A DNA stretch of 64,000 nucleotides from Candidatus Multivoradales bacterium. Lineage in GTDB: Bacteria > Acidobacteriota > Thermoanaerobaculia > Multivoradales > JAHEKO01. The translations under genes and the position numbers were made by a program. Below, one piece after another: positions 30,069 to 39,846 of this stretch (the first letter of the stretch is position 1; each line of letters starts with the position of its first letter). The notes beneath the pieces are model-generated. The model had not been told where the DNA came from. It made no database searches and was given only the letters and a program-made list of their open reading frames with translations. Location: contig CBDFIJ010000004.1 of assembly GCA_965248055.1 (NCBI GenBank), positions 2,496,001 through 2,560,000 on the forward strand, in the 5' to 3' direction.

Positions 30069-32825
30069 ATGTCGGCGACTAGAGTTCGGATTATCTTGCC
30101 CAGAATCGGAAGGGGTTTGGTGAGTGTACTGCTGCTTGGTGTGCTGGTATCCGGAGGGGTGGGCTGTGCCAGCCACCAGACCTCTGTGTCTGATCCAGCC
30201 GAGGTCTTAACCTCAGATAGTGACCCCGCTGACGCAGAGACATCCGGGAATGCTGAGAGTAGCGATGGGTCCGGGGAGAAACCTGAAGAGTTGGCCGAGC
30301 CCCAGAATCAAATCGTACGTCTCGATCCTCGGGCAACCCCATCTCGGCAGAGAGTGTGGCTGCGCTTGGATCCGCAGCAAACGAGCTATCAGGGTGGGGT
30401 GGAAGTAGATATTGCGATCACCGAAGCGATACCCGAGCTCCAATTTCACGCCCAGGATCAAGAGTTCACAGCCTTGGCTCTCGAGGGGCCCGGTGGTGCG
30501 GTGGAGGTCGAAACGGTTCGAGAGTCCCAGGGGTTGGTTCGGGTGCGTTCACAGTCGGAGCTTGTGCCTGGGGACTACAAGTTACAGATCGACTTCACAC
30601 AGGACTTCAATACCCACGCGGTGGGCCTCTATCGCACGGAATACCAAGAAGCGTCCTATCTGTTTACCCAGTTTCAAGCCTTAGACGCGCGCCGAGCGTT
30701 CCCTTGCTGGGATGAGCCGGGGGTCAAGATTCCATATCAACTGACGATCTCGGTGCCGAGTGGCAATGAAGTCTTCACCAACACGCCGGTTGCGGACTCG
30801 CAGAGCGAGAACGGATGGTCAACCATCGAATTTGCCGAGACACCGCCCACGCCAAGCTACCTATTGGCCATCGCCGCGGGCCCACTGGAGTCGATTCCGG
30901 TGGAAGGACTGGACTTTCCTGCACGCATTGTGACCACCAAGGGATTCTCTGCGTTGGGCCAACTCGCCGCCGAGTTGACCCCACCGATCCTCGCCGCTTT
31001 GGAAGAGTATTTTGGTCAACCGTACCCCTACGAAAAGCTGGACCAAATCTCGGTTCCAGAGTTCTGGCCAGGGGCGATGGAGAATCCAGGCGCCATCACC
31101 TACGCCGACCGGATTCTGCTGCTCGACGGCGAACCGGGCGCGCGGCGTAAGCGTCGATTGACGCAAGTCATGGCTCACGAGTTGGCGCATATGTGGTTTG
31201 GCGATCTGGTTACCATGCAGTGGTGGGATGACCTGTGGCTGAATGAATCATTCGCGGCATGGTTGGAGAACAAGATCCCAGACGAGCTCTACCCCGAATT
31301 GCGGGCCGGAATGCAGGGGCGGGTTGCCACGCAGGGCGTCATGATTCGCGACTCTCGGCCATCCAGCCGAGCGATTCGCCGGTCGGTAGAGACCAGCGAC
31401 GATATCTTTGCCGACATTGGTGTCATCTACGAGAAAGGCGCGGGCGTGTTATCGATGGTGGAGCAATGGTTGGGAGAGGATGCATTTCGCCAAGGAGTGC
31501 GGCGCTACATGGAACAGCACCGCTGGGGCAATGCCACCTCGGAAGACTTCTGGACCGCGCTTTCGGCTGCCAGCGGTGAGGATGTCGCCGCGATCCTCGC
31601 CAAGTTTGTCCTGCAGCCTGGGCTTCCCTTGGTTCGCGTGGACCAAAGAGAAGGTCGTTACTGGGTCTCTCAGGAGCGGTTCCACGCTGCTGGAGTTGAG
31701 GTTGAGCCGATGACTTGGAGTATTCCGATTACCGTACGTTACCCAGATCAGAATGGCATCCAGCAACAGTCGGTGCTGCTGGAAGGGGAGCCGATTGCGT
31801 TGGAAACCACTTCGGAAGTGCAGTGGCTACTCCCGGATAGCGGGGCGAAGGGCTACTATCGATGGGTCATACCCAACGAAATGATGCTGCGTCTAACCGG
31901 GGATTCGTTTTCACCGCGCGAACGGCGGGCGACACTGGATAACGCCTCAGCCCTCCTCGATGCGGGGCTGTTGTCGGGCGCGGACTACTTGGCGCTGCTC
32001 GAAGGGTTCGCCGCCGATCTAGATCCCGACGTTTTGGGCGGTGTCCTCGACGGAATCGAAAAGGTCGAAGAGGCCTTCGTTGAGGATCGGAGCCGGGAGC
32101 AGTTCGCCGCCTACCTGCGCGCGGCGCTGACCCCGGTTATCGAGCAATTTGGTTGGCAGAAGGTGGAAGGTGAGATCGAAACCACTCACGCGCTTCGTCG
32201 CAGGCTATTTCGACTGCTGGGAATTCGAGGACAACAAGCGCAGGTAGGTGCTTTGGCGAAGCAATTGGCGAGTGACTTTTTCCGCGACCGCTCCTCGGTG
32301 GATGCCGAACTCGCCTCACCAGCGTTGGAAGTGGCGGCGATTAGTGGCGATCGAGAACTATTCGATCGATACAAAGAAGGGTTTGAGAACCCGTTAAGCC
32401 CAGATGACCGAGGCAGATATTTGAGCGCGATGGCGAATTTCTCAGACCCTGAGATTCACGCTGACTTCCTGGAATACGGATTGTCGGAGGCGGTCAAGCC
32501 GACCGAATTCGTTGCCATGTTCGGCGGCGCGACCACTGATCAAGCGCTCACGGACCGTATGGAGTGGGCGTTCACTCACTACGACGAGATCAGCGCCAAG
32601 CTCTCGGAGCAAGCAATGAGCTTCATACCGTTTGTCGCTGGCGGTTGTTCTCGCGAGAGACTTGATCGAGCAGCGGTGTTCTTTTCTGATCCCGGCCATC
32701 AGGTTGCCGGTACCCTGGCTAGGCTGCAGCGGGTATCGGAGCAGGTTGACCAGTGCCTAGCTCTTCGCCAGCGCGAAGCCGACAGCGTCGAGGTGTTTCT
32801 CAGCGGCTTTGACGGGGAGGAGTAG
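30069..32825 (+). CDS. M1 family Zn aminopeptidase (PepN/ERAP1-like), probable lipoprotein
   Basis: ARRAFPCWDEP, GAMEN, HELAH-x18-E, YEKG; ERAP1-like C-terminal domain; lipobox-like GVGC; SD AGGAGG. Confidence 0.95.
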   Translation: MSATRVRIILPRIGRGLVSVLLLGVLVSGGVGCASHQTSVSDPAEVLTSDSDPADAETSGNAESSDGSGEKPEELAEPQNQIVRLDPRATPSRQRVWLRLDPQQTSYQGGVEVDIAITEAIPELQFHAQDQEFTALALEGPGGAVEVETVRESQGLVRVRSQSELVPGDYKLQIDFTQDFNTHAVGLYRTEYQEASYLFTQFQALDARRAFPCWDEPGVKIPYQLTISVPSGNEVFTNTPVADSQSENGWSTIEFAETPPTPSYLLAIAAGPLESIPVEGLDFPARIVTTKGFSALGQLAAELTPPILAALEEYFGQPYPYEKLDQISVPEFWPGAMENPGAITYADRILLLDGEPGARRKRRLTQVMAHELAHMWFGDLVTMQWWDDLWLNESFAAWLENKIPDELYPELRAGMQGRVATQGVMIRDSRPSSRAIRRSVETSDDIFADIGVIYEKGAGVLSMVEQWLGEDAFRQGVRRYMEQHRWGNATSEDFWTALSAASGEDVAAILAKFVLQPGLPLVRVDQREGRYWVSQERFHAAGVEVEPMTWSIPITVRYPDQNGIQQQSVLLEGEPIALETTSEVQWLLPDSGAKGYYRWVIPNEMMLRLTGDSFSPRERRATLDNASALLDAGLLSGADYLALLEGFAADLDPDVLGGVLDGIEKVEEAFVEDRSREQFAAYLRAALTPVIEQFGWQKVEGEIETTHALRRRLFRLLGIRGQQAQVGALAKQLASDFFRDRSSVDAELASPALEVAAISGDRELFDRYKEGFENPLSPDDRGRYLSAMANFSDPEIHADFLEYGLSEAVKPTEFVAMFGGATTDQALTDRMEWAFTHYDEISAKLSEQAMSFIPFVAGGCSRERLDRAAVFFSDPGHQVAGTLARLQRVSEQVDQCLALRQREADSVEVFLSGFDGEE

Positions 32826-32920
32826 GCGCAGGGCGCTGGAAGTGGATAGCAACTCATCTGCGATCAATCTGCGGATCAAGTCACTGTCTTTGAGTGTAAT
32901 CGAGCTTTCAATCGGGCTTG

Positions 32921-34174
32921 TTAGGCGCCGAACTTGGCCAAGCGTCCGGCATGGGCAAATAGCAGCGCCATCAAATCGGTCGCGGGTAGTTGCCCAAGGT
33001 GGCCTTGAATCACGCTGTTCTCGTCGAACTCTTGTATCGGGTCGACGAAGGCTAGCTCGCCGGCAATCAACAGCGGGACCGGATGCCAACTGTGGGCGCG
33101 CATCGGAGCCGGGGTGGAGTGGTCCGCGGTCACCGCGATCACGTCGGGCGCCAACGCCAACAGAGTGGGGAGGTGGCGATCGACCTCCTCGATCACCTTG
33201 ATCTTGGCGTCTAGATCGCCGTCTTCGCCCGCTTGATCGGTCTGCTTGACGTGGACAAAAAAGAAGTCGAACTGATTCCAGGCCGTGGCTACGTCCTGGA
33301 AGAGATCTCCGCAATCTTTGCTCGCAGGAACGTCGGTCATGCCGCAGGCTGAGGCCACGCCTCGATACAAGGGATACCCGGCGAAGGCGCCGAATCGCGC
33401 GTTGAAGATTTCACTCAACGAGGCCAACTTGGGGCGCTGCGAAAAACCGCGCAAAACGACCCGATTGGCTGTTGGATGCTCCCGGATTACTTGTTCTGCT
33501 TGGGCGCAGAAAGCTGCGACTAAGTCGGCGGTTTGCTGTGCCTCGGGAGCCAGGGCTGTAGGCTTCAAAGGCAACACTCCCACGCGCTGTGGGTCGGTCT
33601 CACTGACCAACGGACTCAAACCTTCGCCCCGCAGATGCAGGACAAAGCGGTGGCCTTCCCCGGCGATCACGCGTGTGGCAGTGCTGTAGGAGGAGCTGCT
33701 CTCGGAGGCGGCACCGCTCTGGGAGGTCAAGCGATCATTGATCGCGGCACACAGCTGCTCGCAGGTCGCTGAAGAGATTCTTCCTGCTCTACGGTCGGTG
33801 ATCTTGCCGCTGGCGTCGGCGGAGGCAAAGTTGCCTCGTGCCAGCACATCGTCATCTTCAAACGACACTCCAAGGCCCAGGGCTTCTAGAACTCCGCGTC
33901 CGATATCGTGCTGCGGCAACCTGGGGTCGTAGCCAAAGAGCGCTAGGTGACCTGGCCCGCTGCCTGGAGTAATCCCCGGAGCCACCGGAATCAATCGCCC
34001 GTTGGATCCGCGCGCCGCCAGGGCGTCCAGATTCGGCGTATCGGCCGTCTCCAGGGCAGTTGTCGGTTGTGCACCGCTCTTTAGATCCCCGACCCCGTCC
34101 AAAATCAAGAGAATAATCTTGCTCTGGTTGCTGAGGGCCAGCCGGCTGAGAAGTTCTTGGGAGGGTGTCTTCAT
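32921..34174 (-). CDS. apgM: 2,3-bisphosphoglycerate-independent phosphoglycerate mutase, archaeal ApgM type
   Basis: ILDGVGD, TPNLD, TPGSGPGHLALFGY, DRRAGRI, HVKQTD, TADHSTP, HSWHPVP. Confidence 0.9.
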   Translation of the reverse strand: MKTPSQELLSRLALSNQSKIILLILDGVGDLKSGAQPTTALETADTPNLDALAARGSNGRLIPVAPGITPGSGPGHLALFGYDPRLPQHDIGRGVLEALGLGVSFEDDDVLARGNFASADASGKITDRRAGRISSATCEQLCAAINDRLTSQSGAASESSSSYSTATRVIAGEGHRFVLHLRGEGLSPLVSETDPQRVGVLPLKPTALAPEAQQTADLVAAFCAQAEQVIREHPTANRVVLRGFSQRPKLASLSEIFNARFGAFAGYPLYRGVASACGMTDVPASKDCGDLFQDVATAWNQFDFFFVHVKQTDQAGEDGDLDAKIKVIEEVDRHLPTLLALAPDVIAVTADHSTPAPMRAHSWHPVPLLIAGELAFVDPIQEFDENSVIQGHLGQLPATDLMALLFAHAGRLAKFGA

Positions 34175-34229
34175 CGATGTATTCGATTACTTGGTGGGTC
34201 CAGGCTAGGAGGTCCCGAAAGCGGCATAG

Positions 34230-34649
34230 CTAGGCGACAAAAAAAGCACTGGCTCGAATTTGCACTCGCGATCTGGAGGCGAAACCTCCGCCAGCGACCG
34301 CATAAGAAGATTGTGCTCCCAGGATTGGAAGAACCACCCAACCATCGAAGGTTTCGCCCGCTCGATAGGCGGGGACCACCGGCTCCAACTCCGCCAACTT
34401 GAACCAATGTTCGGTGGTTCCGGAGAACCGAGTCTGCATTTCGACGTAGGCACGATCCAAATCGACCACCCGATCCTGTGCTGGATACCAGAGAGAGAGG
34501 ACGAAACGAACCTCGTCATAATGGGCGGTGTCAAAGACCGCCTGGCTGTCTAATTGCAGTTCAAAGCGAAAACCGCCGTCGGCATCGGTAGCAAAAATCT
34601 CCGGCGTAGCATCGAATAACAGATGCTGTGGGGGTGTGCGAGGGGTCAT
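34230..34649 (-). CDS. Hypothetical protein (probably beta-rich)
   Basis: Fills the gap between trmJ and apgM on the same strand; protein-like composition; no family recognised; start uncertain (34649 or 34703). Confidence 0.65.
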   Translation of the reverse strand: MTPRTPPQHLLFDATPEIFATDADGGFRFELQLDSQAVFDTAHYDEVRFVLSLWYPAQDRVVDLDRAYVEMQTRFSGTTEHWFKLAELEPVVPAYRAGETFDGWVVLPILGAQSSYAVAGGGFASRSRVQIRASAFFVA

Positions 34650-34716
34650 CGACGGGAGTCTGGGCGAAAAGATGCGGGTCGCAACGCGGCCCGAGCTTAT
34701 CATCGGCCATGCGACT

Positions 34717-35472
34717 TTAGATCACGTCGTTTGTCCCCCAGTTGCGACCGAGGGCGTTGCGGAAGCGGCGCAAAATACCGCGCAAAATGCTGGCTTCGTG
34801 GTGGCTGGGCTGGGCGCGAGCGACGAGTCGGCGCAAACTCAGCAACGAGGATTCGACGGTACTGTCCCTCGCGAACCCAGTCTCTTGGAGTAACGGCACT
34901 AGATCGGCGAACAACCCTTCGACCATTTCCTGATTGGCGAGGACCGGTGCGCTGGCGTCAGGCTCACTCCTGGTGTTCCCCAGGCCTGCTTTGGACAACT
35001 CATAGGTCACTAGCAGCACCGCCTGGGCCAAGTTGAGCGTCGGCTGCCGCGCGGAGCATGGAATCGACACCAGCGGGTTACACAGAGCCAGTTCATCGGT
35101 TCTCAATCCCGACGCTTCGCCACCGAAGACCAAGGCTGTCTGGTGCGCAGCATTTTGTCTAAGCACTGCGGCGAGGTCTGAGGCGGGGATCGCCGGTTCG
35201 TCCTCGGTTCGAGATCGGCTCGCCGTGGTTCCGACCACACGTTCAAAGGGACCGAGAGCTGCGGTCAGGTCGGGTTCGATGGTGGCTTGGTCCAAGATCT
35301 CCCCCGAATGAACCGCGAAGGCCCGCGCGGTGGCGTTGATGCGAGTTCTCGGATCGACCAAGATTAGCCGGCTTCGGCCCATGTTGGCCATTGCCCGCGC
35401 AGCGGCGCCGATGTTGCCGGATTCTTGCGGTCGAACCAAGACCACCGCAATGGAATCGTGCTCAACCGCCAT
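34717..35472 (-). CDS. trmJ: TrmJ/LasT family SPOUT RNA 2'-O-methyltransferase
   Basis: VVLVRPQESGNIGAAARAMANMG, ALVFGGEASGL, LNLAQAV, E..ILRG. Confidence 0.88.
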   Translation of the reverse strand: MAVEHDSIAVVLVRPQESGNIGAAARAMANMGRSRLILVDPRTRINATARAFAVHSGEILDQATIEPDLTAALGPFERVVGTTASRSRTEDEPAIPASDLAAVLRQNAAHQTALVFGGEASGLRTDELALCNPLVSIPCSARQPTLNLAQAVLLVTYELSKAGLGNTRSEPDASAPVLANQEMVEGLFADLVPLLQETGFARDSTVESSLLSLRRLVARAQPSHHEASILRGILRRFRNALGRNWGTNDVI

Positions 35473-36085
35473 CGACTTCAACCACTGCGGCTGGTAACCG
35501 CGGAATCTCAATCCCTTGATCGAAGAGAAGCGCACGGGTTACCGATAGAGGCAATCCAACCACGTTACTGTAACTACCGCGAATAGCACCGACGAACACC
35601 GATCCCAGTCCTTGGATCGCGTAAGAGCCGGCTTTATCCATCGGCTCACCAGTTGCGACGTAGCGCCGAATGGTGTCGTCAGCTAGGGGGTCCAGGTCGA
35701 CTAGCGTCGATTCAACCCGGACATTTGGCTGCTCCAGCTCTTGAGTCCATACGGCCACTCCGCTGAGCACCGTGTGGCTTCGCCCACAGAGCGATTGCAG
35801 CATCTCCACTGCGTCGGCGGGGGAGCGCGGTTTCCCTAGGATGGCTCCGTCGATCACCACCACCGTGTCGGCGGCCAAGACCACCTCACTAGTTTGAGGG
35901 TCTGCCGCCGTAGATTTAAGGATCGCCAGTCGACGCACCAATTCTTGAGCAGATTCACCCTGCAGCGGGGTTTCGTCGACGTCAACGACGCGCTGGATAA
36001 AGTCAACGCCCAGGTCTTGCAACATTTGCCGCCGGCGCGGCGATCCGGAGGCCAGAACTAGAGTCCTTTTTATTTTCTCCTGCAC
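35462..36085 (-). CDS. maf: Maf family nucleoside triphosphate pyrophosphatase (YhdE type)
   Basis: LASGSPRR, DE, ADTVV, LGKP, DKAGSYAIQG, NVVGLP. Confidence 0.95.
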   Translation of the reverse strand: MQEKIKRTLVLASGSPRRRQMLQDLGVDFIQRVVDVDETPLQGESAQELVRRLAILKSTAADPQTSEVVLAADTVVVIDGAILGKPRSPADAVEMLQSLCGRSHTVLSGVAVWTQELEQPNVRVESTLVDLDPLADDTIRRYVATGEPMDKAGSYAIQGLGSVFVGAIRGSYSNVVGLPLSVTRALLFDQGIEIPRLPAAVVEVDGG

Positions 36086-36138
36086 CGGGCGATCCTAGCC
36101 GACAACGGAGGACGAAGGGCGGCGACCCTTGGACGCGA

Positions 36139-38673
36139 CTATGGGTAGTAGCCACTCATGGTCTTGGCTTCGACTCCCGACTGATCGATCTCCACTTTAA
36201 TCGTACGGAAGAGGTCTTCGCGGGAAGTATTGGTGGACTGATAGGCAAGATAGTAGCGACTTCTGAGTTCGTCGAGGATTTGTTCGTAGATTGTCTGCAG
36301 TTGATCAATTGACTCGATCACGAAAGCGATACCGCCGGTCTCTTCAGCCAAGCGAGCTAACTGTCGTTTCGATTGGCGGGTAGTTTTTTCATCCTCCAGG
36401 CGGATTGAGTAAATCGAAACTCCGGAGCGTCGAGAATAGTCGACCATTTCGTCAAACTCGAACCTGCTCGATTCGTCTTCACCATCCGACAGGAGGATTA
36501 ACGCGCGCTGGCCGCGGATGCCGTTGAAGTAGAAGAGTGAATAGATCACCGCGTCGTGTAGCGCGGTTCCGCGTTCGGCTTTGAGTCCTGCCAACCCGGC
36601 GGAGAGCTCCTCCAGGCGATCGGTGAACCGCACCACCACCCTGGGCAGATCGTTGAAGGTCAGCAAGGTGGCCCGATCCCTGGGGCTGAGGGACTCCTCG
36701 AAAAACTGCAGGGCACCTTGCTTGGCAGTGTCGAGGTTGGGGGTCATGGAAGCTGAGACGTCGAGCAAGATCCCGGCGTGAAAGGGCAAGTTGGTGACGC
36801 GGTCGAAACGCAAAGGCTGTTGCGCCTGGCCGTCTTCGGTAATCGCGAAGCTGGCCTCTGTAAGTCCTTGGACCGGACGATTGTTGCGGTCCACAGCGGT
36901 TACGTAGAGCTCTACCAACTGGACTTTGACGTTCTCGGTGAACCCAGGAGTATTGACGAAAACCACGTCTTCCGTCGAGTTGCCGTCCGGCTGGTAGGCG
37001 ACGGCGCGCACATACCCAACTGCACCCGAGGTCGGGAGTTGAATCGGAAATTCGTAGGGTTCTTGGTAGCTGGTGGCGAGCTTGGTCTCGTTGAAGTAGA
37101 ACTCGACTCGGTCGATAGAACGGCCTTCGGGGACTTCAACCAGCACCGAAGCTCTTAGGCTGGTGTCATAACGCTCCTCGGGACGCGGATCCACCAATTG
37201 CACTGCGAATCGATGCGGGCCAGAGTTGAGCGCCAGTTCGTCTTGGGCTACTTCCACACCGTCGGAATCGTAGGCAACGGCACGTAGAGCCCGCATCTTG
37301 GGGGAATGACCCAAATCCAGTTCGACGCTAAAGGGCGCTCCGCGTTTGGTTAGCACTTGGTTGTCATCGAGACTGAATCGAACTTCAGCGATGTCGGGTC
37401 CGGTGGTACGGGTGGCAAAGCGCACCATTCCGGTCAACAGGTTTCCTCCCGGGGGTAGGATCTCGACCGTGTTGTCGCCGGTGTTGATCGCCAAGTTGGC
37501 TTCGGCCAGAAGCCTAGAGGTAAAAGGATCATCCGGAGTGCGTGGCACCATCTCGCTGACCGCGGGCACCTCGGTTGACTGCTGCATGCGAAACATTTTC
37601 TTACCGTGCAGGTCTTCAATCCGCAACACCAAGTCGTAGGTTCCAGGACGCAGGCGGCTCTCGAAAATGAGGGGCAATTTTTCGCTGACGGTTTCGGCGT
37701 TGAAGTTGTATTGAAAGCGGAAGGTGTCAAATAGTTTTCCTTCTTGTAACACCTCGCCGTTGAGCAGCAGGTCGTAACTAGAAGCGGGGCCAAACTCTGC
37801 TGAGGTCAAGTGCTCGGATTCGATCGCCAAGACCCCTTGCACCACCGTCCGTGAGCGAAACCGGCCAGGAAAATTGACGGTCAACTTGGCGGGAAAGGTC
37901 TCCGTTCCCTCGGGGATCTCAGTGGAGAAGGCGTCAAAAGATTGGACCCACTCTTGGTTGGTTACTTTTTGTTCGGGCTCCAACATGCTGTCGAGGAGGC
38001 GAGCTCGCTCGAAAGACCCTTGTCGACTGATCTGACCTACTACCCGAGCCAGTTCGTCACGATTTGCGCATCCAGAAAACAGGTCGTCCGAAATACTTCC
38101 TCCGGTGCCGAACTTGGTCAAAGCACGGATGCCCTCATAGGGGTACCAAAGCCTGAAGTCACCATTGCCAAATGGTTGATAAAATAGCAACAAAGTATCC
38201 TCGCCGACCTGCTGTGCACGATAGATCCAGGCCTCAGCGGGCCAGATGTTGGAGCAACGCCGATATTGGGCGCGACCAGCGGGCTCCCCATTGAGCAACA
38301 GAATCTCTGCACGGTCGTCATCTAGAGATCCTAGATTTGCTCGGGCGTAATCCAGACGACGGATATAGCGCTCGCGATACTCATTGCGTGCGGTACCGGG
38401 ATAGGGATCGCGCTGACGCCAGAACTGCTCAATAAAGTGGTCTCGCTGATAATCTTGCTGAATCGCGAGGAAGGCGATGTGCTCTTCTTCGGTGATGATT
38501 ACCCGGACCTCTTGCAGCCAAGTACGATACGGCGCCGGTAGTTGCGCGTCCATCGCCTCGATCTCTTTCTTGCTGAGCTTCTCGTCTTCTTGGGCGCCGG
38601 CCAGGGTGGCAGTCGCTGCAAGCAGAGCGACCAGGGTTCCGACAAAGAATAGATTGCGTTTCAATTGGCACAT
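36139..38673 (-). CDS. Exported GWxTD-domain / Ig-like / VWA-domain protein
   Basis: Signal peptide; YRTWLQEV..IIT.EE...F.......RDHFIEQFWRQRDP...R..YA (GWxTD domain); C-terminal VWA with LLDVSASM MIDAS, T.LHDA, LSDGED, ETGG, ELRSRY.LAY. Confidence 0.88.
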   Translation of the reverse strand: MCQLKRNLFFVGTLVALLAATATLAGAQEDEKLSKKEIEAMDAQLPAPYRTWLQEVRVIITEEEHIAFLAIQQDYQRDHFIEQFWRQRDPYPGTARNEYRERYIRRLDYARANLGSLDDDRAEILLLNGEPAGRAQYRRCSNIWPAEAWIYRAQQVGEDTLLLFYQPFGNGDFRLWYPYEGIRALTKFGTGGSISDDLFSGCANRDELARVVGQISRQGSFERARLLDSMLEPEQKVTNQEWVQSFDAFSTEIPEGTETFPAKLTVNFPGRFRSRTVVQGVLAIESEHLTSAEFGPASSYDLLLNGEVLQEGKLFDTFRFQYNFNAETVSEKLPLIFESRLRPGTYDLVLRIEDLHGKKMFRMQQSTEVPAVSEMVPRTPDDPFTSRLLAEANLAINTGDNTVEILPPGGNLLTGMVRFATRTTGPDIAEVRFSLDDNQVLTKRGAPFSVELDLGHSPKMRALRAVAYDSDGVEVAQDELALNSGPHRFAVQLVDPRPEERYDTSLRASVLVEVPEGRSIDRVEFYFNETKLATSYQEPYEFPIQLPTSGAVGYVRAVAYQPDGNSTEDVVFVNTPGFTENVKVQLVELYVTAVDRNNRPVQGLTEASFAITEDGQAQQPLRFDRVTNLPFHAGILLDVSASMTPNLDTAKQGALQFFEESLSPRDRATLLTFNDLPRVVVRFTDRLEELSAGLAGLKAERGTALHDAVIYSLFYFNGIRGQRALILLSDGEDESSRFEFDEMVDYSRRSGVSIYSIRLEDEKTTRQSKRQLARLAEETGGIAFVIESIDQLQTIYEQILDELRSRYYLAYQSTNTSREDLFRTIKVEIDQSGVEAKTMSGYYP

Positions 38674-38712
38674 CCGGTTCTAGAATAGCTGGTTCTGTTA
38701 GGTACGACGATT

Positions 38713-39846
38713 ATGGGTGGATACTTCGATCACAATGCAACAACCCCGCTCGACCCAAGAGTGCTGGAGGCGATGTTGCCTTGGTTGACGACTCACCATG
38801 GCAACCCGTCGTCTTCCCATCTCTACGGGCGGGAGGCCTCGGCGGCCGTGGAACAAGCAAGACAGCAAGTTGCGTACCTAATTGTCGCTAATCCAAGAGA
38901 TATCGTATTTACCTCCTCAGGAAGCGAGGCCAACAACACCATAGTGTGTAGCTATTCGGAGCCGACGTCACGGTTCGCTGTCTCCTCTATGGAACACCCC
39001 TCAATTCTGGTGTCGATGGAATCTCAGGGTCGGAAAGGAGCGGTGATCGACTGGGTGGTCCCTGAGGCAGATGGCCGGTGCTCGGTGGATCGATGGGATC
39101 AGACTCTGAGTGAAGGCACCTCGCTGGCGATCTTGATGCTGGCGAACAATGAGATTGGAACCATCCAACCGGTGCGAGAAGTGGCGGCAGTCGCCGCTGA
39201 CCGGGGCGTACCCGTGTTGTGCGATGCGGTGCAGGCGGTGGGCAAGATCCCGGTTTCGGTGGAAGATCTGGGGGTCGATTACTTGGTGCTCGGGGGTCAT
39301 AAATTTCATGGTCCGGGTGGAACGGCGGCAGCTTGGATACGACCGGGGAGTCGCTGGACGCCGTTGTTGTTGGGGGGAAGTCAGGAAACCGGGCGTCGAG
39401 CGAGTACGGTCAATGTTGCGTCAGTGGTTGGCCTGGGTGCAGCCTGCGAGCTAGTCGGTGCGGAGTTGGCGCAGCGTGCCCAGACCATGAGTCAGTTGCG
39501 CGACCTATTTGAGCAACGGGTCAAGAGCCTCCCTGATGTGGTTATTCATGGTGCGGAGGTGGATCGCTTGCCCAATACTTCGAGCGTCGCTTTTCTCGAT
39601 GTCCCAGCGCAAACACTGATGATTCGTCTCGACATGGCTGGATTCGCGGTCTCTATGGGGTCGGCGTGTGGCTCGGGCAAGGTAACACCGAGCGCCACGC
39701 TGCAGTCGATGGAGATCCCGATCGAGGTTGCCGGATCGACTTTGCGCTTTAGCTTTGCGAGCACCAACACCGAACAGGAAGTTGAATCTCTGTCGCAAGA
39801 GGTGATTCGGCAAGTACAGGCGGTTCGTCGGCAGGTGTCAGCGTGA
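38713..39846 (+). CDS. Cysteine desulfurase (group I, IscS/NifS-like)
   Basis: YFDHNATT, GNPSS, ANNEIG, DAVQ, HKFHGP (PLP lysine), GSAC. Confidence 0.95.
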   Translation: MGGYFDHNATTPLDPRVLEAMLPWLTTHHGNPSSSHLYGREASAAVEQARQQVAYLIVANPRDIVFTSSGSEANNTIVCSYSEPTSRFAVSSMEHPSILVSMESQGRKGAVIDWVVPEADGRCSVDRWDQTLSEGTSLAILMLANNEIGTIQPVREVAAVAADRGVPVLCDAVQAVGKIPVSVEDLGVDYLVLGGHKFHGPGGTAAAWIRPGSRWTPLLLGGSQETGRRASTVNVASVVGLGAACELVGAELAQRAQTMSQLRDLFEQRVKSLPDVVIHGAEVDRLPNTSSVAFLDVPAQTLMIRLDMAGFAVSMGSACGSGKVTPSATLQSMEIPIEVAGSTLRFSFASTNTEQEVESLSQEVIRQVQAVRRQVSA

